From Selaginella moellendorffii (taxonomy: Eukaryota; Plantae; Lycopodiophyta), in NCBI RefSeq assembly GCF_000143415.4, contig NW_003314305.1:1460834-1524833 (forward strand): a stretch of DNA of 64,000 nucleotides. The letters run 5' to 3'. Of the stretch, positions 1 to 12,083 are shown one piece after another; within the stretch, counting starts at the first letter, position 1; each line of letters opens with the position of its first letter. The position numbers were made by a program, and so were the translations under genes. A model generated the notes under the pieces. It was not told the DNA's origin. It did not search any database and saw nothing but the letters and a program-made list of their open reading frames with translations.

Positions 1-1853
1 GTCCATTTCTTGACGAGTCCTTTGTCTTCCTGTTCTGCGGCCCACACTGTGACCAGCACCTTGCCTCCTGTGCTCACTATCCTCAGAAGCTCTACGATTG
101 CTTTCCTCCGCCTCTTCTCGGTGCTAAGGTGGTGGAGCACGGCGATCGAGATGGCCGCGTCGAAGCAGCCTGTTCTAAACGGTAAGTTGACAGCATCCGC
201 GACGAAAACTTCGTGGCCTCTTCGTGCGCAGATGGAGATGAGCTGCGGACTCACATCGCAGCCGATGAAGAAGCAGCTGTCGTTGAGGCCCAAGTACTTC
301 CCGTTTCCACAGCCAGCGTCGATGACCATCGAGCTCGGGGGCAGCGAGTCGAGGAAAGCGGCAACTCTGGGCCACTTTGCAAACCTTGTGGAGCTGAAGT
401 GTGGAGCAATGGCGTTGTAGACTTTGTGAACGAAAGTTTTCTCTATTTCCGGCGTTACGAGGTCATCTGGATCGGCTTCTTCTTGATCAACACTTTCAAC
501 TATCTCTGGAGCTCCAGAGTCGGATTGAGAATGGCACTGAGAATCGCAATACTGCCGAAAGTTGCAACGACAGGGACCATGACGAACCTGCAAAGATGGT
601 CGCAAGGAGAGTTACTTTGAAGAGACAAACCAAACCTTTCGGAATGTATAGGAGACTCTTCTCGACTCTCGCGGGACGCTCTGACCAGATACGAGATCAA
701 ACTACACAGTCGACATGAAGCGTTGGCAAGGAAACGAAGAATACGAGATAACAGACCTTGTGATGCGGTATATAGTGGTGCCATCCATACCGTGACTCTC
801 CGGATAGAATCAGCAATGATCTTTGCGGAAGGAACAACGCCTTTCTTTCAAACTCCGGCGACACACCTTCGCTCGCGTACTTCCTGAACTCCATGACACA
901 AGGGCCAGCCAGAGAAAGAGAGATTATTGAGCCTTGGAACGCGGAGTGAGTGTCAATGTGCGGGGACAAGCCCACACCACGAGGATATTCATTAACCTAT
1001 GAAAGAAAGAAAGACTCGAAAGTTTTGAGACGACGACACAAAGTTGCAAGAGCAAAACGTACCGTAAGTTGGTCGAAAGGAAACGTCGCCTCGGACGTTT
1101 CCTGGAGCTCAGCAATCGAGGAAATCTTCTCGAGCAATGGCTGGAGAAAGTCTGGGAACTCCCCCAAAAACTTGGAGGTGTCCACATTTCTTGCCTGGAG
1201 AAACAATCCAGTTTTTAGAAGATCGCAAGAGATAAAAACGAAAGGAGTACGTTGTATAGAAACTCGTATCCATAATGCTGGACTCGACGCTTCGCAAGAG
1301 CTTGCCACGGCCTAGCATCGACCTCTTGAAGAAGTCTCTGGGAAAAAAAAAATTCCGATGAAAGATCTCTACAACTGGAGATCCAAGAAAGTTTTTGATT
1401 CTCACCTCTTCTTCCCGCGATGATATAAACTCCGTCAGCAAAGAGAGGCCTGGAATTCCCAGCTCCTGAGCCGAGGTGCTCACTGGTACCTCAACCAACT
1501 AGCGAAGAAAATCTTGTCAAAGACGAGTAACGAATTCCTCAATACTCGAGAAGAACAGAGAGTCTCAATTGGCATACCTTGATTCTCTCACGAGGAGCTG
1601 CGAATTCGATCACCAGCGCGCGCTCCCCGAGCGCTCCACAGCATTGCCGATTCCACGCATCCCTGGCCGCCGCCGCATCCGCCTCCCTCTCAAACGACAC
1701 GATGACCCTAGCCTTGCTCGAATCCGCGGCGCAAGCGTCCAGTACCGGCCCAAACTTGGAGAATGCCGCTTTCACGGATTCCAGAGCTATCCCCAAGCAA
1801 TTCGCAACATAGAGATGGCGCGTGGCTCCCACAGCTCGCGCAAAGCCCTCCAT
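1..1853 (-). CDS. ALKBH8: ALKBH8-type tRNA wobble-uridine modifying enzyme: RRM + AlkB 2OG-Fe(II) oxygenase + Zn site + TRM9 methyltransferase in one spliced ORF; 3' end runs off the window
   Basis: Exons read RRM (HLYVANC...VIVSF), AlkB motifs GLSPHIDTHSAF, SRYGWHHYIPHHK and RRVSYTFRK, then CRCNFRQYCDSQ in frame with PEIEKTFVHKVYNAIAPHFSSTR, DAGCGNGKY and ISIAVLHH. GT-AG introns. Confidence 0.93.
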
Positions 1854-2062
1854 CCCCAAGAACCCTAAACCCAGAGCGAGAAAGAATCAACGGCTTGCAA
1901 CCTGACACCTGAAAACATCGAATCTACACCGTCCGTCAGGGCAAAATTTAAAATCAGCCGTTGGATGCAAACGGGCATCCTAGGTGGCATCTTGTGAGCC
2001 GTGGATTCTATCAGAGTGGAACTTTTGAGGGTTTTGCTCGCCATAGCCAGGGTTGAATCGCA

Positions 2063-3333
2063 ATGCCGCCAGTCCAGCGCTTCGCGATCGCAATCGCGCT
2101 CGCGCTCTTGATCGTAGCAAGGGTCGATGCGCAAGTGGCACGGAAGGAGAATATCAAGTACCTGCGCTGCGCGGTGTGCGAGCAGATCTCCAAGCAGCTG
2201 TTCGAGAAGGTTTCGGAGAAGAAATCGATCAAGAAGAAGGTGAGAAAAAGGCAAGAAAATCTAGTGCCGGGGCTGATCGCGTCTGGCAGCTCTCAGAATT
2301 CGAGATTATCGAGCTAGCGGAGAATATCTGCAATGTCAAGAAGCGGGAAAGCGAATGGATGTTCTTCCTGGATATCGTGCGAGAAGGAAACAAACTCAAG
2401 GTGGATTCTTCTCCTTTTCTTTTCTGTGAGATGATGGAGTTGTGCTCTGGATCTCAGCTCGTGGAGCAGCCGGAAGAAGGAGAATGCAACACCAAATGCA
2501 GGACGATCGAACGAACGTGCCAAGAAGTATGAATTTTTCTTTTCTTATTTCACGAGATATTTAGAACGAAATGGAAAATTCTCTGTAGGTGATCGGAGAC
2601 CATGACACCGATATCGCGGAGTTTATCCACACACACTTACGCGATCTATCGGAAGAGGCCATTTTCAAGTCACTTTGCAAAGAAGTCACCAAGTCTTGCT
2701 CATCCAAACTACCAGCGCTTCCGAAAGTAAGTTTTGCCTTTTCTAAGCCTCCAAACACGATCAAAATGCCTGCTTTCCAGACGCTAGATTTGGGAGAGCC
2801 CTTCACGCCAAAGCCCACCAAGGACGCGGACATGGCTAGACTGATGCGTTCCATGGGTGTAAGTTTTAGACCTTCATAGCCAAGCGCTCGATTCTTTACT
2901 CTATTTGTTTTCATGGTTTTCACAGGACATGCCTGGAGGACAAGGAATGAAAATGTATTCCAAGGACGACCTCATGAACATGAATAACTATCCGGGTGGT
3001 GACCCCGACGATGACGATGACGACGACGATACCGACGAAGGAAGCAAGCTTCAATCACTTCTTAAGGTTCTCAACTTGCCTTTTCTTTCATTGCCTCGGT
3101 GCTAAAAGATTTCCAAAACACCGCAGAAGCAAAACTTGAAGAACCCTGCGAATCCAAAGAACCAACCCAAGCGAAGCATGCTAACTCAAGTTCTCGATCA
3201 CGTACAATCGATTGGCCGTGACACGTTGAGCAGTGCTAGGAAAACGAAGGACAAAGTAACCAAGTATGTCAAGCGATGGTGGCGGAGAGCCAAGTCCTCT
3301 AAGCAGCGCCAGGCCCAAAAGGTGGATCTTTGA
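2063..3333 (+). CDS. Secretory-pathway saposin-B/Canopy-like ER protein (resembles Arabidopsis SES1/At4g29520); multi-exon
   Basis: Signal peptide, YLRCAVCEQI, ENICNVKK..EWMFFLDIV, GECNTKCRTIERTCQEV, acidic tract, C-terminal KVDL (KDEL-like). Confidence 0.8.
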
Positions 3334-3344
3334 TGAAGTGAGCT

Positions 3345-5097
3345 TTACGAGAGCAAGATTTCCGAGGCAGCGGCGGCTAGCAGCACCGATCCCAGCGCCG
3401 CCAGCGCCAGAACATCGTTTAACTTAATAGAGAGCCTGCTCAAGAAGTAGAGCTTGTGTTCTTCGGGATTGCCTTTGAAACCTCGAGCTATCATAGCCTG
3501 GAAAAAAAACAAAGCTTTCAACGATGACAAAGGAAGATTTGCGTCCTACCTCGGTTATATGCTCGGCATGAATGAAGAGATTTTTGAACAAGCGACTTAC
3601 GAGTGTCCCAAGATCTGCCAAGAAAGAAAAGCTCGAGTTTTTAATGAAAGAGAAGCGCAAACTTACGTTCTAGAGTCTCTCGCAGCTTCAACGATTTCCA
3701 CTGCACGCCCCGCGAAGCCACGGCCAAGGCAATGTTTCGCACCTGGAAGTGAGTGGAAATCCATCACGCTCGCTCCGAAAAACCTCTCGGGGTAACGTAC
3801 CTCGTCGAAGACAAGACCGGTGAATCTAAGCGACAGTAGCAAAGTGAGTATCATCTCGTCCACAGCAACGCCGACTCTTTGAAGTGGACGAAGAAACCAT
3901 CGCAGCCCGGCTGCTAGATCCTCTGGAGTGGTCGTAGCGATACAAAGACTGGCACTTTGGAGCACCTGGAAACAAAGAAACATGAGCGTTTGCTCTGAAG
4001 AAACTACGAAAGCTTACCGTGAATGACAAACACGCAGCCGTGGTAGCGAGTGCTACACCTTTGGTCGTGAGCTGGAAAGGCCCAAGCTTGAAGAAAACGT
4101 AGGAGTAGCGATTCAGTGCTGGAGGCAGCGGAGGCAATGAATCCACGCTCGGTGGTGGTGTTCGAACTTGCATGATCGGTGTGACACCATCTGTCGTCAA
4201 AGCTGCCATCACGAAAAGCAATCCACAGAGCAATGTTGTTCTTCCCAACTGGTCCTGTGAATCGAGAGAGAAACGCTGGATGTTACTGGAGATTTCAAGG
4301 AAGAAAAAAAGGGACGCTAGAAACGAACCTGCCATACTCTCTTTGGAAGACACGAAACAGCTGCTGTGGAGAGGAGGGCGACCACGCCTAGTCGAAATAC
4401 TGCGTGTGCTCGCGAAGATAAAACGATCAAGCCAAGTAACCAAGCCTGCAAGCTCAAACCTGATTTAAACGGGTTACCATCACGAAGAACAGTAGAAGAG
4501 AAAACTCTCTATAGTAACAGACAAAGAGTATAAGCACGCGAAGAACCCGCGGAAGAAAAGAAGAGAGATCACGATGATCCAAGCAAAAGTTGGCAAGAAA
4601 AACCACAAAAGATAGACTTAATCACGAATTTTCACGAAAACTATCATCCAAGCACGAAGAGAAAAGAGAATTTTCCACAAAACTATCATCCAAGCACGAA
4701 GAATAAAAGAGAAAGGAAACTACGCAAGGAAAAGAGAATTTTCCACGAAAACTATCATCCAAGCACGAAGAACAAAGAGAAAAAAGAGAGAAACCTGTTT
4801 AACTCGGGGATCCAGCGAATGCAAGACCGTAACTGGAGAAGAAATGTACTGCGCCAGCGGCGACGATGTCGCAGTGGCCACCATTCTCACAATCCGCGCA
4901 CCGATCGGCTCCTGGTTGCCCAGACTCTTGGCCCAATCCGCAAAACCCCGACCCCGGGACTGCGCCGCCGCAGCGATCGTGAAGCGGCAATGGCGCTTGC
5001 AGCTAATCCACACTGGAATCGTCACAAAATCCCTGGCAAAGATGGAAGAAGAAGAGAAGCAGTGGAGCGCATTGGCGCCCGGCGCAAGAAGAGACAT
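3345..5097 (-). CDS. ABCI12: Chloroplast ECF-transporter T component (CbiQ/EcfT family), ABCI12-like
   Basis: Transit-peptide-like N-terminus; ATSSPLAQYISSPVTVLHSLDPRVKQ, QSASLCIATTTPEDLAAGLRWFLRPL, LLSLRFTGLVFDEVR, AMIARGFKG. Confidence 0.88.
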
Positions 5098-5234
5098 CGC
5101 TCAAGAATTTAGGGTTCTTGGCACAATGATACATTTTTAGGGCTCTTCAATCAAACAGGGGATGGAAAGAGGTGCGTTCTAGAGTCTCGATTCCAGTCCA
5201 TGGCCGGCGCCAGATAGGAGATTCCAGCTAAGGC

Positions 5235-7280
5235 ATGGCGCTGAGGCGCTGTGCGCGGCGTGGGATCGTGGGAGCTCTCGCAGCCGATGCCATCGCCTTT
5301 TCTTCTTCGTCTAGGGTTCTATCCCAGCTGGGCAGCAGCTGGGAGCTTCGATCAGCGCTATTCTCGACGATTTGCGCGCCCAGGGCCACCGAATCGACGC
5401 TCCTCCCGTGGAAGAGATCCATCTCCCTATTGCGGCAGCGCCGTGGAGTGGCCACCGACCACTCCACCGAGACGACGTTCGCGGAGAAATGGAGGATCGC
5501 GCAAGAGAAGATGAAGCAGGCAGTGATGGAGAAGCCGCGAGCAGTGGTGGAATCCGTGAAGAACAGCGAATTCGCCGAGGGGACGAAGGGAGCGCTATCG
5601 GCTGTGTCAGCTCCAGTGGCCAAGACGCTTGTGAGCTATCGGGAAGCTCTCAAGCTCCAGATCGAAGCGTTTTGGAGGAGGAACTACTTGGTTGTGGTGG
5701 GAGCGGTGGGGCTGGCCGCTTGCCTTCTCCTGTGGAAGGTGATGTTTGGGATCGCGAGCTTGTTCGTCTCGCTCTCGGAAGGGATGGCCAAGTATGGATT
5801 TCTCGCATTGGCAGCAGCAATGGTCACCTTCAGTGTAAGAGATCATCGCTTTTTCTTCCATCTCTGATCTTCCATTGTGAGTTTGTATACTATTCCTCGT
5901 TCTCGTTTTCTATCTTCCATCTTTTCTTTGATGTTCTTCCTACATTGTGAGTTTTCTAGCCTTTGAGCTTCTATCTTCCATCGCTTCTTCTGCCATTTTG
6001 AGTTTCTATGTTTTTCCTCCTCGTTTCTCCGGGGCTTCATCTTCCATCTTTTCTTCCTTCTTCTGCCATTGTGAATTTTTATGTTTTTCCTCGTTCTCGG
6101 AGCTTTTCTTTCTTCTCCCATGGTGAGTTTCTAGCCTTTTCCTCGTTTTCGTTTCTTTGGAGCTTATCTTTTCTTTGATTTTCTCATTGTGAGTTTCTAT
6201 GCTTTTCATCGTTCTCGTTCTTTCGGAGCTTCTATCTTCCATCTTTTCTTTGACCTCAGTCATTTCTATCGTTCTCGTTTCTTGAGAGCTTCAATTTCCT
6301 CCATTTTGAGTTTCCAGCCTTTTCCTTGTTCTCGTTTCTTTCTATTTCTCCATTCTGACTTTCTATATTTTCCTCGTGCGAGTTTCCCTTTTCCTCGTTC
6401 TCTTTGATTTGCTTCCTCCATTGTGAGGTTCTTCCTCGTTCGTTTGTAGTTTTTGGTTTTGTTTTTAGTTTCTTTCCTTATTCTAGGAAACTATTATAGC
6501 TATCGTGGCTTCCTCTCTTCTTTTCATTCTCTTCTTGGTTCTAGTTTTGTTCTTGTTCTCGTGCACTAACTTAGTTCCTTTGCTTCTGGTGCAGGGAATG
6601 GTTTTGAAAGCGAGATACACGATAAATCCCGATGCAGTCTACAGAATTGCGATGCGTAAGCTCAACACTTCTGCGGACGTGCTCAAGGCTCTCGGCGCTC
6701 CTCTTTCCGGGACAGACATTCGTGCCTACGTGATGACCGGAGGTGGCCTCCGGATCAACAACTTGAAGCCTCGAGTGAGCAGCAAACGGTGTTTTCTAAT
6801 CTTCCCCATCCAAGGGTCGGAGAAGCGAGGACTCGTGAGCATCGAGACGAAGAAGAAACAAGGCCAGGCAAGTTCTCTCTTCGTCTTTCGGAAGTCGCTT
6901 CGATTCTTCACTCAGATTTTTTCATTTTCGTTCTTCGTTCTTCCAGTTTTCCCTCATCCTTTCTTCGCTTCTCTTCTTAAAGTTTCGTTCGTTCTCCAAT
7001 GCTATTCTCCTATCTTTCTGCTAATCTCAGTATGACTAACTTTCCTTCGTTCGTCTTCCAGTATGACTTCAAGCTTCTAGCGGTGGACATCGCCGGGCAC
7101 GAAGGAAGGATCTACGTCGCCGGCGACGAGGCCGAGTATAAGATTGGCGGCGGCCTCATTGCCGAGCTGCGAGATCCAATCGTCAAGGCGATGGCAGCAC
7201 AGAACGAGTTTGAGGCTCAAGACGATAAAGAGGAGAAAGAGATGGAGGAGGCGCCTGCGTTGAAAGCTAGTGAGAGCTGA
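5235..7280 (+). CDS. Mitochondrial inner-membrane Tim21-like protein (plant family); 3 exons
   Basis: Presequence-like N-terminus, two TM segments, RYTINPDAVYRIAMRKLN..LGAPL..FPIQGSEKRGLVSIE..YDFKLLAVDI. Second intron has a GC donor. Confidence 0.75.
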
Positions 7281-7679
7281 TTCCTCACAACATCGTCTTT
7301 CTTTTTTTGTAGGTTTTCAGAGACATCAAAAAATAAATCCTTGTGTTTTTTCATGAGAGATGATTTGTAGTCGAGAGTTGAGATCTTTTGTTCTAGTATT
7401 GTTCCAAACCATCTCTTCAAGCAAAGGAGCGCTCCTCTGCAAACATGTCCTTGAGCAACTTATATGCAGTTCTTTTTTGTTCTTCATTACCTTTGAATCA
7501 GATAAATGCAGCATGGATTGCTCTATACATTTTCAAACAATTAACTTTGTTTCCTAAAAACTAAGCGAATGAGTTCATACTAGAAAATGCTTTTTCAACT
7601 CTATGTGATATGAACCATATTACAGAGAAGTAGTAGCAGCTTTGAATAAATAAGCTTCTACATCAAAGTAAATATTTCA

Positions 7680-7931
7680 CTAACATACGCACTCGTAATC
7701 CTCATTGCATGGAAGATTTGCATAGCACCCACTGGTTCCTGGGCCGCAATAAGCTCCACAAACACATTCAAGCTTGTCACACATTCCTCCAAGGCAATCA
7801 AATCCCTCCCGACAATCATCGCTACTCTGGCAGCTATCTCCACATCCTTTTAGCTGTTTAGCCTCAGATCCCATTTTTGTGTTAGTGATGATCAAAGCTG
7901 CAAAGAAAACTAAGAAGAAAATCGCCTTCAT
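7680..7931 (-). CDS. Small secreted cysteine-rich peptide (12 Cys)
   Basis: Signal peptide MKAIFFLVFFAALII followed by a 12-Cys mature region; single exon; TATA-like sequence upstream near 8016-8022. Confidence 0.75.
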   Translation of the reverse strand: MKAIFFLVFFAALIITNTKMGSEAKQLKGCGDSCQSSDDCREGFDCLGGMCDKLECVCGAYCGPGTSGCYANLPCNEDYECVC

Positions 7932-8445
7932 ACTTGTTGGAAAGTATGTCTTCACTAGAGATTGTAATACTTGATGGAAAGTATGTTTTCACTAGAGATT
8001 GGAATGTGTGGAGTTTATATAACAAGTGACATACTAACTTGAGCTACCAACAACCTTCTGTCATGTAGTGTTTGTTGGTTTCTTTGTTTTGGATAATCAA
8101 GATGCAAGTTGACAAAAGTCTTAGGAATAGCAAGATTTTACTAATTCAAATTAATGTGTGATTATTCAGCATGAAAGTCAGCTTTGTAATACCTATGTTA
8201 GTATTTTAGTTATTCCACTTTTGGGTTTAGAGATTATTGTAAAGTATCTAGAAAAACTTATTTTGGTTTGGCTTAGGAGAGAGGTTAAATATGTGGTTTT
8301 AAAACGAATAGGCTAAGCCATAAAATATTCTGAAATATCTTAGTGGTTCGTGTCTTTCTTTAAAATTAAGCTTACCTGGACGAATAGCCACGTGGCAGTG
8401 TCATAGTGGACGCACCCATTTGTCTTTAGGGTTAGATTGGGGGCG

Positions 8446-9638
8446 ATGGTGATGGAGTTGCCGCCAATGGATCTGGTGACTAAGGTGCTCGATTCCTCTG
8501 ATCTCACCGGTGAGAAGGCTGTGGTGGCCAAGATGATGAAGGAATTACAGGAGAAGCATCCCATACAGCTCCAGTACGACGCAGATGTCTTGCTCCACGC
8601 TTTGTGTAAACCCTGGGAAGTGGTAAGCAAAAAATTCTATCTCGTAGTTGGATGCCTCTCCTTTACAAAAGAAAGTGATTTTTCTCACTTTCCATCTGTT
8701 TTTTTTCTTTCTTTCTTTCTTTCTTTCTCTCCAGGGTGGTCACGCTTACGATTTTAAGAAATGCCATCGCCAATTAAGAATCACCGATCCATATCAAACT
8801 TATTCGACAGACCAAGTCTTGCTTCAAGTACGTTTCTCTCAAGCTCATGAAAGTTTTCATTTTTATTTGTTTTGCCAGTGGCACGAGAGAGTAGTAGCAG
8901 AAAGAGAGGCATGGAACAGGCAAAGGCAGCTCAAAGCACACATGCTCTTCCTTCTTTCCAATCTCCAAGTTGCGGAGAGGCAGCGGCGTCGCACCATAGG
9001 TTCACAAGCGCTCTATCTCTCAATCGTCACCGAGCTGCGTTGAGGTTTTAGTCAAGTCTATCGCGAGCCAGATGAGGTGACGATTTCACAACTTTCCTCG
9101 TGAACTAACATCTCGCTTCTCGTGTTCTTCCATTTTTCTTCTTCCAGAGAAGCGAAGACTTACGCATCCCCAAGAGGAGCCTGCTGATTTCAAAGAATCG
9201 AGCGGCAACTTAAGGCTCTTGATCGATACGTACTTCGCGAAGAGACCCTCGGAGCTTAAGTTGCTGGAGCCAGTGGCGGAGGTGATTGTCAAGCCAGAGG
9301 ATCCTCCCGCCGAGCCGGCGACGATGATAGTCAAGCCCGAGGAGGATACTTCCACTTCCAAAGACCCAGCAGTGCTAGTCAAGCCGGAGGATCCTCCAAC
9401 CGAGCCAGCAACATTGCTACCGCTTCGCAGCTCTACGCCAAAGATTGTCATGGAAGTTCCAAGCCCAAGAACAGGTTCTTCTTTCTCTTCTTTTCGTTGG
9501 TGCTGGAAGGAAAAAACTCTTCTCATGTTTTTTTCTGTGATGCAAACAGTGGCTTTGAGGCAGGAAGTGAAAGACCTCGATCTGTTCGACGAGAAGCTCA
9601 CGCCACCCGAGCCAGAGGCACCAAAGAAGAAGAAATAA
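8446..9638 (+). pseudogene. Uncharacterised multi-exon gene, probably interrupted by an in-frame TGA at 9041-9043
   Basis: GT-AG intron pattern joins coding-like exons. The frame continues past the TGA into a KPEDPP-repeat exon and ends in PKKKK. No family recognised. Confidence 0.45.
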
Positions 9639-10237
9639 AAAAGTCCAGTCCAAATGCCTTGGAAAGAAACGAAGAAATCATTCCATTGTTTTGGTGCTAA
9701 CACAGGTAACTTGAGTCTAACTGAGTCCTTCAGGTTGAACGTCGTCTCCATGGTCTCGTTTCCGTGCCAAAGGTTCTTAAACATCACCAAGTTCGCCGCC
9801 GACCAACATCAAAGCCATATGGTGATACGATTTCCTTCACCTTACGGTATGTCGTGATCTTGTGTAGAAATTCCTCTTGACACTCACTTGGTTGGAACTT
9901 CGAGAACAGGATTTGTGAACGCACTGATTCCTACACACAGACGTCAGCCATTCTTGTGTCGAAACCCAGCAACTTGCATTGAATTCCGACGTCAGAGATC
10001 GTCGAGTCCGGCCAAGATGTTGGCGATAATGCCAAGGTTGGAGAGCAATCCCTGTGAATCGCAGCAAGAAAAAGAATCTGATCCCTTGGCCTTGAAGTGA
10101 CTCGGTCAAGTGAACTTGTCTGCCTGCCTGATAGTCGTATTATAATTCTATATGCTCTCCATTAAGGATACATTTTACAAATATTTCTACCTCATCCTTT
10201 CTTGCTTCTCAAAAGGTGGTAAAACAACAATATGGTG

Positions 10238-11710
10238 CTAGATAAGCCACATCCAACTCGCAACCTCACCAACAAAAACGCCACTAAGTAGAGCAAGTAC
10301 TAGAATGTTCCCAAGAGCACTTTGTTCAGAGACCTGTCTCAGCAAAGGTAAAAACGACTAGATCCGTATTCACTAGTACCTTGTAGCCTTTGGGAGCGTT
10401 TACAAACACGCAAACGCTGAAGTGGCCATTCGATGTCCCAAGAAAAAAGCAAAGGACTATTGTCCACCCTTCATACTGGCTTCCAAAGTAAAAAGCAGGA
10501 ACGAGTGCGAACCTTACGAGGACCAGCCAAAAGAGCATTGTCCTGTTTTTCAGCTTTAAAGAGTTGAGGCATATGAAGTATCGACCAGCCATATCCCCAA
10601 CATTGAATACTGTAACAAGTGTTACCACATACCTGTAAAAGTTGGCAAGGATTATTCAAGGATTGATTAAAAAGTGATAAAAACAAAAATTACCATGATC
10701 TTAGTTGATGTGTTTGGCTATCCTTAGCTAGAATTCCTGGAAATATTGCTAATGTAACCACGTGAATAATGAAGATGTTGAACACATAATCCAGATTGGC
10801 TTTAAGGAGTTTGGTGTTGCTTAATCTTGGTTCGGTTTCTATTGCCTCGTTTTGGACCCGTTTTGTAAAACGTCGAAATACAAAGATGTATAGTACCACA
10901 CAGACCAGCTCAACAATTGCGGAGATAAAGAAGAAAGCAACTGCAGGAATAAAAACATCAAATCGAGAAAGAAATAAAGATAAAGATTCTATTTCCTGAC
11001 ACTTACGAGCTCCTTTTCGTAGTCCGGCTCTATCTTCTGCAAATGAAGCTTTGGTTATTAGCCTCATGCATGATGTAGCAACACCAGAAGCAGCTACACC
11101 TGCAGTAAAAGACTGATAATATATTAAGTTATCTGCAGAAAGTAATCACATTTTTCAGATACCTGTAAAAGTCCGGTGTGGGTGTAAGATAGCACCCCGA
11201 CAACTCCAGCTTCAACACAGCCCCCAGATGTACCAAACAAGGCAGTTCCGATGCATACACCAACGTAGGTTCCAAAGCTCCCGAGACCCGAACAAGCTAG
11301 ATCCAGCTGAAAGAAACAACAATTTTAACGGTTTATCCTCCACTATACGATGGTCCAAACTTACCACCGGGATGAAGAGCGAGACGAAAAAGAAGAGCCA
11401 AAATCCACATACGACGCGATACTGTGTGATGATCTCTGATTCAAATGCAGTCAAAACTCCCACCACAACCATCGAAATCGGCTGATAAACAAGCGGAAGA
11501 ACTCTGGATGGATAGTAATCCTGCAAAACACAGGCATATATAGAATCACAAAGAGACAAGTTACTTGTCTCTTTGTCATACCGAGAAGACTTGTAAATAA
11601 TAATCCATAGCAGACAGCATGCTGTTCCATGTCAGGACAGCACCCACTCCCAAAATCCAGCACGTTAAATGCCCCAGTAGCGTCGCTCTTGCTCCAGTAG
11701 TGGGCTCCAT
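10238..11710 (-). CDS. Equilibrative nucleoside transporter (ENT/SLC29 family)
   Basis: CWILGVGAVLTWNSMLSAMDYY, YYPSRVLPLVYQP, RLITKASF, VTLAIFPG, FNVGDMAGRY, LGTSNGH; multi-exon. Confidence 0.9.
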
Positions 11711-12083
11711 TCACCTCGGAACCCTATAGCTTTTCACGATTGGAACAAGGAACAGATAGCGCAAAGGCGAAGCAAATTACCGGCAGTACAATCTCCTGAT
11801 CAAACGAAGCAAAACCATTGCAAACCAGCCACCATTTCCTTAAAAGCACCAGAAAGAACAAGCATTTCTACCTCGAGATCCAGCAGCAATGGCAGACCGG
11901 CAATCACAACTGCTATGTCCCGTTTGGGTTATCCAGCACAAGAATTCCAAGGCCGGAAGAACTCCGTAAGTCATGCTTCCTGTGCTGGCCCCTCACAACC
12001 TTGTTTTCTTTAAAACCTCGGCTAAGATAAGAGTGCATGAGCGCGAAATAAACCGTCTCTAGACCGAGATTTGTTTCTCTTGC

